From the sequence record OZ035758.1: a stretch of DNA of 41,071 nt; one strand, written 5' to 3'. The position numbers and the translations under genes are program-made. The stretch is from Kagunavirus LF7074P1. How positions within the stretch are numbered: position 1 is the first letter of the stretch; the number at the start of each line of letters is the position of its first letter. Shown piece after piece: positions 8,988 through 17,589 of this stretch. A model generated the notes under the pieces. The model saw only the letters and a program-made list of their open reading frames with translations. It did no database searches and had not been told where the DNA came from.

Positions 8988-9400
8988 TGGGCTACTTTGA
9001 GGACTTAACAAAAGCGTTCGATGTTCCGCTGGTAGCCTTCGGAACCGCCAACGGCATCAAGGTCGCGCTTGAAAACATCTACGCGCCGACGTCAACCGAT
9101 ACGCCATATCTGGCAAGTTACATGTTACTGGCGGATACCGAGCAAGCAGATTTGTTCTTCACGGAACAACGCGCGGGTGTTTATCAGGTCGACATTAACT
9201 ACGCATCGGTGAAAGGTAGCGCGCCAATCAATAAAATGGCAGACTTACTTAACACGGCATTCAAAGCAGGTAAGTCATTTTCTCGTAACGACATCTGCGC
9301 CGAGGTTCAATCGGTTAGCCTGGGGCCGCTGATTGTAGAAAACGGATGGGCCAAACGACCATTGTCAATTAACTTTATTGCATTCACCAAGAGGCTGTGA
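8984..9400 (+). CDS. Putative tail terminator / tail completion protein
   Basis: 138-aa ORF translationally coupled, immediately upstream of major tail protein gene. Confidence 0.4.
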   Translation: MMGYFEDLTKAFDVPLVAFGTANGIKVALENIYAPTSTDTPYLASYMLLADTEQADLFFTEQRAGVYQVDINYASVKGSAPINKMADLLNTAFKAGKSFSRNDICAEVQSVSLGPLIVENGWAKRPLSINFIAFTKRL

Positions 9401-9402
9401 AT

Positions 9403-10569
9403 ATGGCTACAACTCCTTTTAAGGGCGCGAATACTGCGCAATTCTATGTGGCAGAAACTACCCCTGGCGTAACACCGACTAACCCGGTCTGGTCGCCATT
9501 GCGTAACACAGGTGGCGTTCCTGCCATTACCCGCGACACGCTGACCTCCAACGAACTGGACGGCAGCCGTGAAACTACGTCAATCCGCACCGGTAACAAG
9601 CAGGTTAGCGGAGAATACGCTATTGAGCTTAGCTCGAAAAGCCAGGACGACTGGCTGGCGGGTGCTTTAGGCTCTACATGGCAATCCGGTAGTTCTCTGA
9701 CCGGGCTATCAATTACCGTCGCGCCTGCAGGCAAGACCTTTACCCGTGCCGAAGGTAGCTTTATTTCTGACGGCGTTGAAGTGGGCGACCTGATTGCGTT
9801 TACCGACTTAACCGGTGACAACGCAAAACCGTTTATCGTAACTGCAGTAGAGGCGCTGGTAGTGACCGGGGCGGGTATCCAGCATACCCTGACCACAGAG
9901 ACAGTAACTACCGCCGCTAAGACAGGGGATAAACTGGAAACGGGAAGCCAGTGCAAGACGTTCTCTATTCTCACCTGGTACAAAGGCCAGTGCGGCGGGA
10001 CTGACGCGTACACACTAACCAAAGGCGTGGAAGTTTCTGGTTTTACCATCGAACAGGCTGTTAACGCTATGGTAACTGGCAGCTTCCCGTTCATCGGTCG
10101 CAGTCAGGAGATTCTCACCACGCAGCCGTCTGGTTCTGATTTCTCCTCTGTTACGTTTGGTGACGAGCCATTCTCCTCGGTCGATGTTTCTGTGTTCGAC
10201 GGTTCTACGCCGTTGCGTTGCGACAGCCTGACCATCACCAACGACAACAGCGCGTCCGCACAGTTCGAACTCGGCAACACTAACGTAGCGTTTGTGGAGC
10301 GTAGCCGAGCAGCTAACACCTTCTCCATCTCCGGTAAGCTGTACGACATGGCAATGATTCAGAAGTTTATCAACGAGCAGCAGGTGGAGATTAACTCTAT
10401 TCTGGCTGGGGTAAACGGGGCTATGTCTTTCAGTTTGAAACGTGCAGAACTTACGGCGGTTACACCTGAGATTGGAGGACCTGAGTCAATCACTCAGTCT
10501 ATTGAAGGCCAGGCTACTGGCAACCAGTACCAGTCGTCTATTGTTATTCAGCGTATCACATACGCATAA
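9403..10569 (+). CDS. Major tail protein
   Basis: ~389 aa Thr/Ser/Gly-rich; RBS gagg 8 nt before ATG 9403; followed by strong terminator. Confidence 0.6.
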   Translation: MATTPFKGANTAQFYVAETTPGVTPTNPVWSPLRNTGGVPAITRDTLTSNELDGSRETTSIRTGNKQVSGEYAIELSSKSQDDWLAGALGSTWQSGSSLTGLSITVAPAGKTFTRAEGSFISDGVEVGDLIAFTDLTGDNAKPFIVTAVEALVVTGAGIQHTLTTETVTTAAKTGDKLETGSQCKTFSILTWYKGQCGGTDAYTLTKGVEVSGFTIEQAVNAMVTGSFPFIGRSQEILTTQPSGSDFSSVTFGDEPFSSVDVSVFDGSTPLRCDSLTITNDNSASAQFELGNTNVAFVERSRAANTFSISGKLYDMAMIQKFINEQQVEINSILAGVNGAMSFSLKRAELTAVTPEIGGPESITQSIEGQATGNQYQSSIVIQRITYA

Positions 10570-10573
10570 AACT

Positions 10574-10598
10574 AAGGCCCCGAAAGGGGCCTTTTTCT
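10574..10598. terminator. Bidirectional intrinsic terminator between convergent genes
   Basis: aggcccc-gaaa-ggggcct hairpin flanked by A-run upstream and T-run downstream. Confidence 0.75.
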
Positions 10599-11152
10599 TA
10601 CAAACCTAATTTTAAAGCAATGTCTATAACGTTCGATTTAACGTCACCTGGTAGGATGTAGGTGTCGTAATCTTTTACACCGCTAACATCATACAGATAA
10701 CCGCGGCTGTCCCCCTCAAACGTATAGCCTTCTCGGTGCAGGCGAACGATTCTTACATCATGACCCGCGGCGACGATAGGGGCCACTTCGCTGGCGAACC
10801 CGCCGTCGGACACTACAAAAACTTCGTTGCCGTCGGGCAAGTTTTCAGCAAGATACTTACCGAAATAATCACTACCAAGTACCGGTTTAATGAATTGCTC
10901 AGATATAGCAATCATGAACTGACGCCGCGACAAGCCATTAAGGAAGCCTTCTGGCTTTTCTTTCCGCGCTCGGTCGTCGTAGCCGTCGAGAAACTCGTGG
11001 TAAGCACCCGGGCCTAACGCTGCCAGAGCAATATTGAACATTGGATTCTTGAAACTGGTAGTTCCCTTCGCAAAGCCCATCTCTACCAGCGCCATAGCAA
11101 GTGTGTCTTTCCCGCAACCCGCAGGGCCATTAAGAATAATTACCATAGCCAT
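10598..11152 (-). CDS. P-loop kinase, dNMP-kinase-like (could alternatively be a polynucleotide 5'-kinase)
   Basis: 184 aa; Walker A NGPAGCGKDT near N-terminus; overall arrangement reminiscent of T4 gp1-type kinases; start overlaps upstream stop. Confidence 0.6.
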   Translation of the reverse strand: MAMVIILNGPAGCGKDTLAMALVEMGFAKGTTSFKNPMFNIALAALGPGAYHEFLDGYDDRARKEKPEGFLNGLSRRQFMIAISEQFIKPVLGSDYFGKYLAENLPDGNEVFVVSDGGFASEVAPIVAAGHDVRIVRLHREGYTFEGDSRGYLYDVSGVKDYDTYILPGDVKSNVIDIALKLGL

Positions 11153-11637
11153 TACTTATCACTCCCGTGCGATTTTAAGTGTGTAGAGTTCCCGTTACAG
11201 TCGTATTCAGTAACCGCGTGAGTGGTTATACCGAGGCCACGGAAATGCTTTATTACCGCTGGCGAGTCGTCGAATGCGCACAAGATTCTTTCCAGCCCGA
11301 TAGTACGTAGCACCTCTTCCTTAATTACGATGTCTTTTCTGTTGTCGTGTTTGCTGCGCATGATTAACTGATAAAATTCGACGCGGTGGCGCTGCAACCA
11401 CATTCTGGTTTCTTTTTCCGCGTCATCACTACGGCCTGTTAAGATAATAACGGCATAGCGACGATTAAGGGCGTTACACAGTTCGATGTTATCTTTAATG
11501 GGTGCATCGTCTTTGCACGCCATGTTAAATGGTTTCCACGCCCAGGTTTCGCCGTAGTTATCTTTCGGCAGCAGGTGTAAACGATGAGCACCATCTGCCA
11601 ATGTCCCGTCTAAATCGAAAATCACAATATCTTTCAT
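11152..11637 (-). CDS. HAD-family phosphatase resembling the 3'-phosphatase domain of T4 polynucleotide kinase
   Basis: 161 aa; VIFDLDGTLA, ILTGR, DNRKDIVIKEE, AFDDSP blocks line up with the T4 Pnk C-terminal domain as recalled from memory. Confidence 0.65.
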   Translation of the reverse strand: MKDIVIFDLDGTLADGAHRLHLLPKDNYGETWAWKPFNMACKDDAPIKDNIELCNALNRRYAVIILTGRSDDAEKETRMWLQRHRVEFYQLIMRSKHDNRKDIVIKEEVLRTIGLERILCAFDDSPAVIKHFRGLGITTHAVTEYDCNGNSTHLKSHGSDK

Positions 11638-12770
11638 CCAAGCATCTCCGGTGAAATAGTTAAACGTGCGACCTCGCCATATTCGGCGCTATAAGTAATT
11701 ACGTTTGCACTGCGGCCCGACATCCACCCACCGCGGGAGGCATATGCATCTTTAGCCGCGAGAGTGCGGTGTTGCTCAACAATCATGTTACGGCTTTCTA
11801 CAATCTTTTGGTGGTGCAGGTGACCCACGTGGGCGTAGCTGTAAACACTCTCTCCGAACGCTTTGCGGAACTTGGCGATCATAACCGGTTCGATAGCGTC
11901 GAATCGTGCTTTATGCCCATGATGGAAGAACAGCGTCGTTTTGCCGTGTTGCACCATCTTGTAAACATCCGGCGACGTATCGACGAACACACGCGGCTCA
12001 TTGTCGTACAGCGTACTAAACATCTCAGCTAACCAAATCATTCCGCTTTCGTCGTGGTTACCTTGCACGATAAGCAAGCGAACATTTTTATGTTTAACGA
12101 GAGCCATATCAATGACACGGCGGACCATACGAATCATGTAGCGTACAAGTTTCTGATAGCGGGTGTCAGCGTCAAGAACATGGCCACTTGCGGGTGTAAC
12201 GGCATCCAGACTATCGAAGTGCGCGAAGTCACCTAGCAGGTTAATAACTCCTGTTCCCGCATCTGGCGCTTTCTGAAACGCTGCGTCGAACCATCGAGAG
12301 AACAGGTCTTCTGCGATTTTCATATCCCAGTCGTCGCCGCTCTCGTCGGCCCATGCCAGCATACCGAGATGAAAATCAGATACAGTGTAAAGATTGAGTA
12401 GCTTGTCGTCACGTTTGGTGCGCACGGCTTTAACCGGCGCAACGGGGGTAATCTCTGACTTCATGCCCTCAATTACGGCTTTCATAGCCTCTAACTGTTT
12501 CTCTTTATCCGGCTCGGAAATCACCCACGTCATCACCTCTTCGCCATTAGCCTTTACGCAAGCGGATATTCTTTTAGCAGAGAACCCTTCCGCTATGCGT
12601 TTGGATATTACTGGGTCGTTCCCGTGACCTATGCCCTTCTTGGCTAATCGTGCTTTACGGATACGAATTACGCGGTCTGAGATGCCGTATTTACGGGCGA
12701 TGTCTATATTCCTCATCCCGGCGCTCAATTCTTCCTGTAACTGTTCGTCGGTTATTTTCTTCTGGGCCAT
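11634..12770 (-). CDS. Calcineurin-like metallophosphoesterase with N-terminal helix-turn-helix-like domain
   Basis: Five metallophosphoesterase motifs in order (SDFHLG, LLGDFAHFD, VQGNHDES, FHHGH, HVGHLHH); ~100-aa N-terminal region with HTH-like IDIARKYGISDRVIRIRKARL; start ATG 12770 with RBS GAGGA. Confidence 0.6.
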   Translation of the reverse strand: MAQKKITDEQLQEELSAGMRNIDIARKYGISDRVIRIRKARLAKKGIGHGNDPVISKRIAEGFSAKRISACVKANGEEVMTWVISEPDKEKQLEAMKAVIEGMKSEITPVAPVKAVRTKRDDKLLNLYTVSDFHLGMLAWADESGDDWDMKIAEDLFSRWFDAAFQKAPDAGTGVINLLGDFAHFDSLDAVTPASGHVLDADTRYQKLVRYMIRMVRRVIDMALVKHKNVRLLIVQGNHDESGMIWLAEMFSTLYDNEPRVFVDTSPDVYKMVQHGKTTLFFHHGHKARFDAIEPVMIAKFRKAFGESVYSYAHVGHLHHQKIVESRNMIVEQHRTLAAKDAYASRGGWMSGRSANVITYSAEYGEVARLTISPEMLG

Positions 12771-12808
12771 GCTTACTTCCTCGTGTTTAGGATTTGTCCT
12801 ATAGTAGC

Positions 12809-13000
12809 CTACTTCTCTTTCACGTTCGAGTTGCAAGCCCAGATTAAAATAAAGACCCACGGCAGCAGAACCCAACCAAGAAACAGATTAGCCATGAATA
12901 TCGCTAACTTCGCTTTATGGTTACGGAAGTACGCAACCAGGAAAGGCGCGAAATAAGCGAGCAGTGCAAACAGAATTAAGGAAACTGGTAAACTGGACAT
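12809..13000 (-). CDS. Small two-TM membrane protein, superinfection-immunity (Imm)-like
   Basis: 63 aa; YFAPFLVAYFRNH...NLFLGWVLLPWVFILIWA resembles the Imm_superinfect family consensus; first gene after promoter P3; ATG 13000 has RBS aagggg (alternative ATG 13015). Confidence 0.5.
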   Translation of the reverse strand: MSSLPVSLILFALLAYFAPFLVAYFRNHKAKLAIFMANLFLGWVLLPWVFILIWACNSNVKEK

Positions 13001-13030
13001 TTTAAACCCCTTCATTGTTGGTGTAAGTGA

Positions 13031-13059
13031 ATAGTACCCTATTATATTGGGGTGTGCAA
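13031..13059 (-). promoter_or_regulatory. Sigma70-like promoter P3 (TTGCAC-17-TACTAT) driving the minus-strand cassette
   Basis: Minus strand reads TTGCACaccccaatataatagggTACTATtca, near-identical to promoter P1 at 35039. Confidence 0.6.
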
Positions 13060-13167
13060 GTAATGTGATAGAATAAGTTTGCGCCTAGTGTCGCACACGA
13101 AAAGCGGGTGGTTCCCGTCTGGCGCATTTATCGTTAACCTGTAACCTCTTAACCAAAGGATTAAAGA

Positions 13168-13584
13168 ATGAAACTTTCTGATTTTTATTTCGAAGAGAAA
13201 GCACTGGTAGGCAAGAAGATGCCCATTCTGCTGCCAAACGGCGAAGACTCCGGTGAATGGCTTAACGTTGTAAGTCCCGATGCGGATGTCGCCGTTAAAG
13301 CGGGGCGTGCTTTCATTATTGCGTACCGTCGCGGGTTGGCGCGTTTCGAAGAACTGGAAAAAGCCGCCAAAGAATCCGGCGACTATACTGAATATAACCT
13401 GGCTATTAACGAACTGGCGGAAGACCTCAACCGGCAACTCGCGGCAGAAGTCGTAAACGGCTGGAGCTTTGATGAGCCTTTCTCTAAAGAAGCATTTAAC
13501 AAATTGCTGGACCAGTTCAAGGCATTAGGCACACAGGTAGCAGCGTTCCATAACGCTGAGCGCAAAGCATTACAGGAAAAGTAG
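13168..13584 (+). CDS. Tail assembly chaperone (gpG-like)
   Basis: 138-aa acidic ORF with RBS aagga, immediately upstream of tape measure gene. Confidence 0.5.
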   Translation: MKLSDFYFEEKALVGKKMPILLPNGEDSGEWLNVVSPDADVAVKAGRAFIIAYRRGLARFEELEKAAKESGDYTEYNLAINELAEDLNRQLAAEVVNGWSFDEPFSKEAFNKLLDQFKALGTQVAAFHNAERKALQEK

Positions 13585-13616
13585 ACGCGCTGTACAGGTT
13601 CGCCACCTATGAGTTT

Positions 13617-13949
13617 GTGGATAAGCATAAAATCAGAGAGTTTGATTCTATAGCCGACGGACACGAACAGGCGCTTATCGCGATGGGTGTAATCGATAAG
13701 AAAAAACGTGCAGCGCGACGGGGTGGGCCAGAATGCCCGCCCCTTTTTATATCCACCTTCGAGACGTACTGCGACATTAAGTTTACGCGACACGTGCGCG
13801 AGGACGCTGTAGTATTGTTCGCAAGAGAATCCGTTACGTGGCAAGACCTGAAAGCCTATCTCGATGTTACGCAAAAACAGCTTAGCCTGTTCGAGATAGA
13901 CATTATCATGGGCTTAGAAGCAATCTTTGAAGGTAGAAATCATGGCTGA
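13617..13949 (+). CDS. Second tail chaperone ORF, possibly expressed as a -1 frameshift extension (gpGT-like)
   Basis: The -1 frame is open from 13560 to 13949; no RBS or ATG for independent initiation (track start is GTG 13617); the tape measure start overlaps its 3' end. Confidence 0.4.
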   Translation: MDKHKIREFDSIADGHEQALIAMGVIDKKKRAARRGGPECPPLFISTFETYCDIKFTRHVREDAVVLFARESVTWQDLKAYLDVTQKQLSLFEIDIIMGLEAIFEGRNHG

Positions 13950-16215
13950 TACCGCTAGCTTGATCGTACGAGTATCATCGACCGGCGTCGATAAAACCAC
14001 ATCACAACTGAACGGGCTTACCAAAGCCGCGGGGGCCGCCGCCGCTGCCGTTGTCAGTCTGGAAACTGCCAAACAGGTGTTCAGTGCGCTGGTGGACTCC
14101 CAGCGCAACTTCGATAAGCTGAACTCCGGCCTCATCACAATGACCGGGAGCGCCGAGAACGCTGCTAAGGCATTCAGCGTCCTGCAACAGTTCGCAAAAG
14201 AAACTCCGTATGGCCTCAATCAGGCGGTAGAGGGGTTTACCAAGCTCGTGGCGCTAGGTCTTAACCCCAGCAAAGAGGCGTTAATATCCTACGGCAACAC
14301 CGCGGCGGCTATGGGTAAAGACCTTAATCAGATGATTGAGGCGGTTGCCGACGCCAGTACCTTTGAGTTTGAGCGACTGAAAGAGTTCGGTATCAAGTCT
14401 TCCCAACAGGCGGATACCGTTTCGTTCACGTTCCGCGGCGTCACCACCACGGTTAAAAAGAACTCCGAAGAGATTCAGAAATACCTGCTAAACATCGGCA
14501 ACACCGATTTCGCCGGGGCGATGGAGACGCGCTCTAAGACGTTAGACGGTCAGTTGTCGAGCCTGGCGGACTCCTTTGATGGCCTTGTACTTGCGGTAGC
14601 GCAATCCGGTTTCGGCGACGCCGTAGGTGAGCAAGCCGCGAAGGCAGAAGACGCTATTTCGGCACTCACCGACGCCATTGCGTCTAATGAGATAGCCGCC
14701 ACGCTCCAGGATTGGGTGACACTGTTCAATGAATCATTCAAGTTTATTTCTGATGCCTTAAACGACCTGGCATACGATACCGAGGACAAATCCGCGGATA
14801 TGTCAGACTCGCTGGGTACTATACCGGATGCTATCCGTGAATGGTTGCCTGACATCCAGCAGACGTTTCACGAGGTTATTGCGTGGTTCCAGCGCATTGA
14901 CGATTACGCCGTAGCGTTAGGTCAGACCCTCGCAGACGTGTTTGATCCGAGCAAAACGGCAGCACTCACATTTAAAAACCTGACCGCAGAAGCTGACGCC
15001 GCATACGCCGCCAGCATAAAACGCGCCGAGGCCGAATCACAGGCCATCACCAACAGGTCTAAGCAGCGTAAGAAAGAAATTGAGGAACAGCGCAAGCAGT
15101 ACAACGAGCGTAAGAAGCAAGAAATAGACTTAGCCAGCCTTGTTAATAAAAAGGGCGGAACTGGTGGGGCAGGAAATGCCAACGACAAAGACGCGAAAGC
15201 CGCCGCTAAGAAAGCGGAGCAATTGCGCAAACAAGCCCAGGATTACCTCGACACTTTGGCCCGTCAGAACAACGACGAGTTAAAGGCTATCGACGCGCAG
15301 GAACAGCAGAAACTGGCTAAGGCAAAAGAGTTCTACAGCCAGGGCGCGTTGTCCCTGAAAGAATATGAACAAGCTAAAACAGCTATCGTCCTCGAAGCCG
15401 GGCAAAAACGACAAGATGAACTGGATAAACGCCAGAAAGAAGCCCAGGAAAAGCAACAGAAAGGTGACGACTTCATGGCTCAGATTATGGGTCAGAACGC
15501 TACTGAGCTTGAGCTTCTCGACATCCAGGAACAGCAGAAACTGGCGGTAGCGGATAAGTACCGCGAGCAGGGTTTTATTAGCGAGAAGCAGTATCAGGCC
15601 GCTCTTAACGCCATCAACGAGCAATACGCAACCAAACGTGCCGATGCAACGGCAACGGCCTTTGGTAACATGGCCTCAAACATCGGGTCTGCGTTGGGTG
15701 AGGCTTCTGGCGCGTACAAGGCATTCGCTATCGTACAGGCAACTATCGCCACGTACACCGCAGCTATTGAGGCGTACAAGTCAACGGCAGCTATCCCTGT
15801 AGTTGGCCCGTTCCTGGCCCCTGTAGCCGCTGCCGCTGCCGTTGGTGCAGGTATGGCGCAGGTTTCCGCTATCCGGTCCGCGCGTGAACAGGGCGGACAG
15901 TTATCCGCAGGGCAGGCTTCCACCATCGCAGAACGCGGTAAACCAGAAGTTATTATGCCGGCTGGCGCATCTCGTGTTCGCACAGCACAGCAGATGAAAG
16001 AAATTATGGGGCAAAACGGGTCTTCTTCCGGCCCGTCTAATGTTACTATCGTAAACAACACGAGTTCTCAAATCGGCAACGTATCCACTGAGCAAGATGA
16101 CGAAGGCCGTTTGCGAATCATCATCGAGGAGCAGGTGGCTGCCTCTTTGCAGAATAGCAACAGCAAGATTAGCAAGGCCCGCAAAGCCACAAGAAATGCG
16201 CCGGGGTTTAAATAA
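13942..16215 (+). CDS. Tail tape measure protein
   Basis: ~757 aa, Ala/Gln/Lys-rich helical repeats (DIQEQQKLA twice), long coiled-coil character; canonical position. Confidence 0.8.
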   Translation: MADTASLIVRVSSTGVDKTTSQLNGLTKAAGAAAAAVVSLETAKQVFSALVDSQRNFDKLNSGLITMTGSAENAAKAFSVLQQFAKETPYGLNQAVEGFTKLVALGLNPSKEALISYGNTAAAMGKDLNQMIEAVADASTFEFERLKEFGIKSSQQADTVSFTFRGVTTTVKKNSEEIQKYLLNIGNTDFAGAMETRSKTLDGQLSSLADSFDGLVLAVAQSGFGDAVGEQAAKAEDAISALTDAIASNEIAATLQDWVTLFNESFKFISDALNDLAYDTEDKSADMSDSLGTIPDAIREWLPDIQQTFHEVIAWFQRIDDYAVALGQTLADVFDPSKTAALTFKNLTAEADAAYAASIKRAEAESQAITNRSKQRKKEIEEQRKQYNERKKQEIDLASLVNKKGGTGGAGNANDKDAKAAAKKAEQLRKQAQDYLDTLARQNNDELKAIDAQEQQKLAKAKEFYSQGALSLKEYEQAKTAIVLEAGQKRQDELDKRQKEAQEKQQKGDDFMAQIMGQNATELELLDIQEQQKLAVADKYREQGFISEKQYQAALNAINEQYATKRADATATAFGNMASNIGSALGEASGAYKAFAIVQATIATYTAAIEAYKSTAAIPVVGPFLAPVAAAAAVGAGMAQVSAIRSAREQGGQLSAGQASTIAERGKPEVIMPAGASRVRTAQQMKEIMGQNGSSSGPSNVTIVNNTSSQIGNVSTEQDDEGRLRIIIEEQVAASLQNSNSKISKARKATRNAPGFK

Positions 16216-16715
16216 TGAGCGACTTATATTTCCCACGTAGCCTTAAGCCAATTGTATCGAAAGGCTACTCAATGACCAGACGTAACAACGTCTGGAGTGT
16301 AGATTTAGCCGGTGGCGGGGTGCGTCAGGGCCGTGACACGTATTACGACGTGTTCCCTGTTAGCGTAACCCTGATTACATCCGCAATGGGGCGACAGGCG
16401 TTTCTGTCGTTCCTCGAAAAAGTAGACGGCGGTGCGTCAAGTTTCTGGATGGCGCACGACTTCGGCATGGGCATCGAAGATTATCAGGTAACCATTACGT
16501 CCACTATCGCCGAGTCCACCGAAGACGGGATTAACTGGACAATCACCTTCACGGCAACCGCCGAGAAATCGCCGTTCCAGGACCTTGAGAACCAGTGCCT
16601 GATTAACAATCTGCCGGATTTGTACGGTTGCTATGGTGACGGGCTGGGGTGTTTCCTTAAAGCCTACGGAACTGCACAATCAACGTTTCCACGAATTTGG
16701 GACCCGATGCAATGA
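16215..16715 (+). CDS. Minor tail protein
   Basis: 166-aa ORF coupled to tape measure stop (TAATG). Confidence 0.5.
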   Translation: MSDLYFPRSLKPIVSKGYSMTRRNNVWSVDLAGGGVRQGRDTYYDVFPVSVTLITSAMGRQAFLSFLEKVDGGASSFWMAHDFGMGIEDYQVTITSTIAESTEDGINWTITFTATAEKSPFQDLENQCLINNLPDLYGCYGDGLGCFLKAYGTAQSTFPRIWDPMQ

Positions 16716-17227
16716 GCCAGGAATCAGTAGAAGCATCCTATCGCCGTAAGCTGGCGTCTAACCCGGACGGCGAGATGGACTACATCACGTTGCAAATCAG
16801 CCACCCGTTGCTATCAAAGACGTACTATCTTGTGCGCGGGCTACAGGAACTTACGGCAACACTGGAGACAGGCGAAACTATCACGTTTGAGCCAACCCCG
16901 ATGGAGGCGTCGGGGGCCGCTAACAATAGTGATATGGACCAGACGACGACGTTTACTCTACCGGATATTCTCAATCAACTGGACGATGAGATGGATAAAA
17001 TCCCGATGAGCAATACTGAGTTGCCGAAGTTCGTATTCCGCCGTTACGTCAGCACCGACCTGTCTTACCCGGCTGACGGCCCCGTCGTGTACGAGTTACA
17101 GGCCATCAACCAGGAGAAAGGCGAGTTTTCTGCGGATGTTGGTACGCCTATGCTGAACCAACGAAGCACTGGTATACTGATGACACCTAAAGAGATACCG
17201 TTATTACGCGGCCTGTTGACCACATGA
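16712..17227 (+). CDS. Minor tail protein
   Basis: ATG 16712 overlapping upstream stop (ATGA); 171 aa. Confidence 0.5.
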   Translation: MSQESVEASYRRKLASNPDGEMDYITLQISHPLLSKTYYLVRGLQELTATLETGETITFEPTPMEASGAANNSDMDQTTTFTLPDILNQLDDEMDKIPMSNTELPKFVFRRYVSTDLSYPADGPVVYELQAINQEKGEFSADVGTPMLNQRSTGILMTPKEIPLLRGLLTT

Positions 17228-17589
17228 ATATTAACGACTACACGGGCATACCTTACGACTTTCGCAAGCGCAATTGCTGGCATCACGTGCGCATTGTCCG
17301 CGCGGATGCCGGGCTAGATACTCCGGCGTTCGACGTTACAAGCCCGACGGCAATTAACGAAGCGTTTGACGAAGGCCACCGCAACACAAAAGGGCTTACG
17401 AAAATTGATAAGCCTGAAAACTTCTGTGCGGTGCTTATGGGGTATCGCCGTGGGGGTCGTATCGTGTGGCACGCAGGAGTTTACTTCGACGGGATGGTCA
17501 GCCATTGCGAGCTTGCCTCACGTCAGGTACGGCTTGACAGGCTGGCGGACCTCAGAGACACGTACACGGAGATTGAATTTTGGCGATAA
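17224..17589 (+). CDS. Tail assembly protein, gpK-like (possible NlpC/P60-type Cys-His)
   Basis: 121 aa with NCWHH near N-terminus and conserved His downstream; position after minor tail proteins. Confidence 0.45.
   Translation: MNINDYTGIPYDFRKRNCWHHVRIVRADAGLDTPAFDVTSPTAINEAFDEGHRNTKGLTKIDKPENFCAVLMGYRRGGRIVWHAGVYFDGMVSHCELASRQVRLDRLADLRDTYTEIEFWR

Noticed and set aside
9444-10094. 216-aa minus-strand ORF antisense to the major tail protein gene
   Set aside because: Overlaps the major tail gene on the opposite strand; no independent expression signals.
12771-12875. Upstream extension of the HTH-metallophosphoesterase ORF to 12875
   Set aside because: Would overlap the Imm-like gene by 67 nt (extending past its stop at 12809); ATG 12770 has a GAGGA RBS.
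13383-13874. 163-aa minus-strand ORF overlapping both tail chaperone ORFs
   Set aside because: Antisense to the conserved chaperone/tape-measure arrangement; no promoter or RBS.
15594-16061. 155-aa minus-strand ORF inside the tape measure gene
   Set aside because: Antisense ORF in Ala-rich (GC-rich codon) region; expected by chance.
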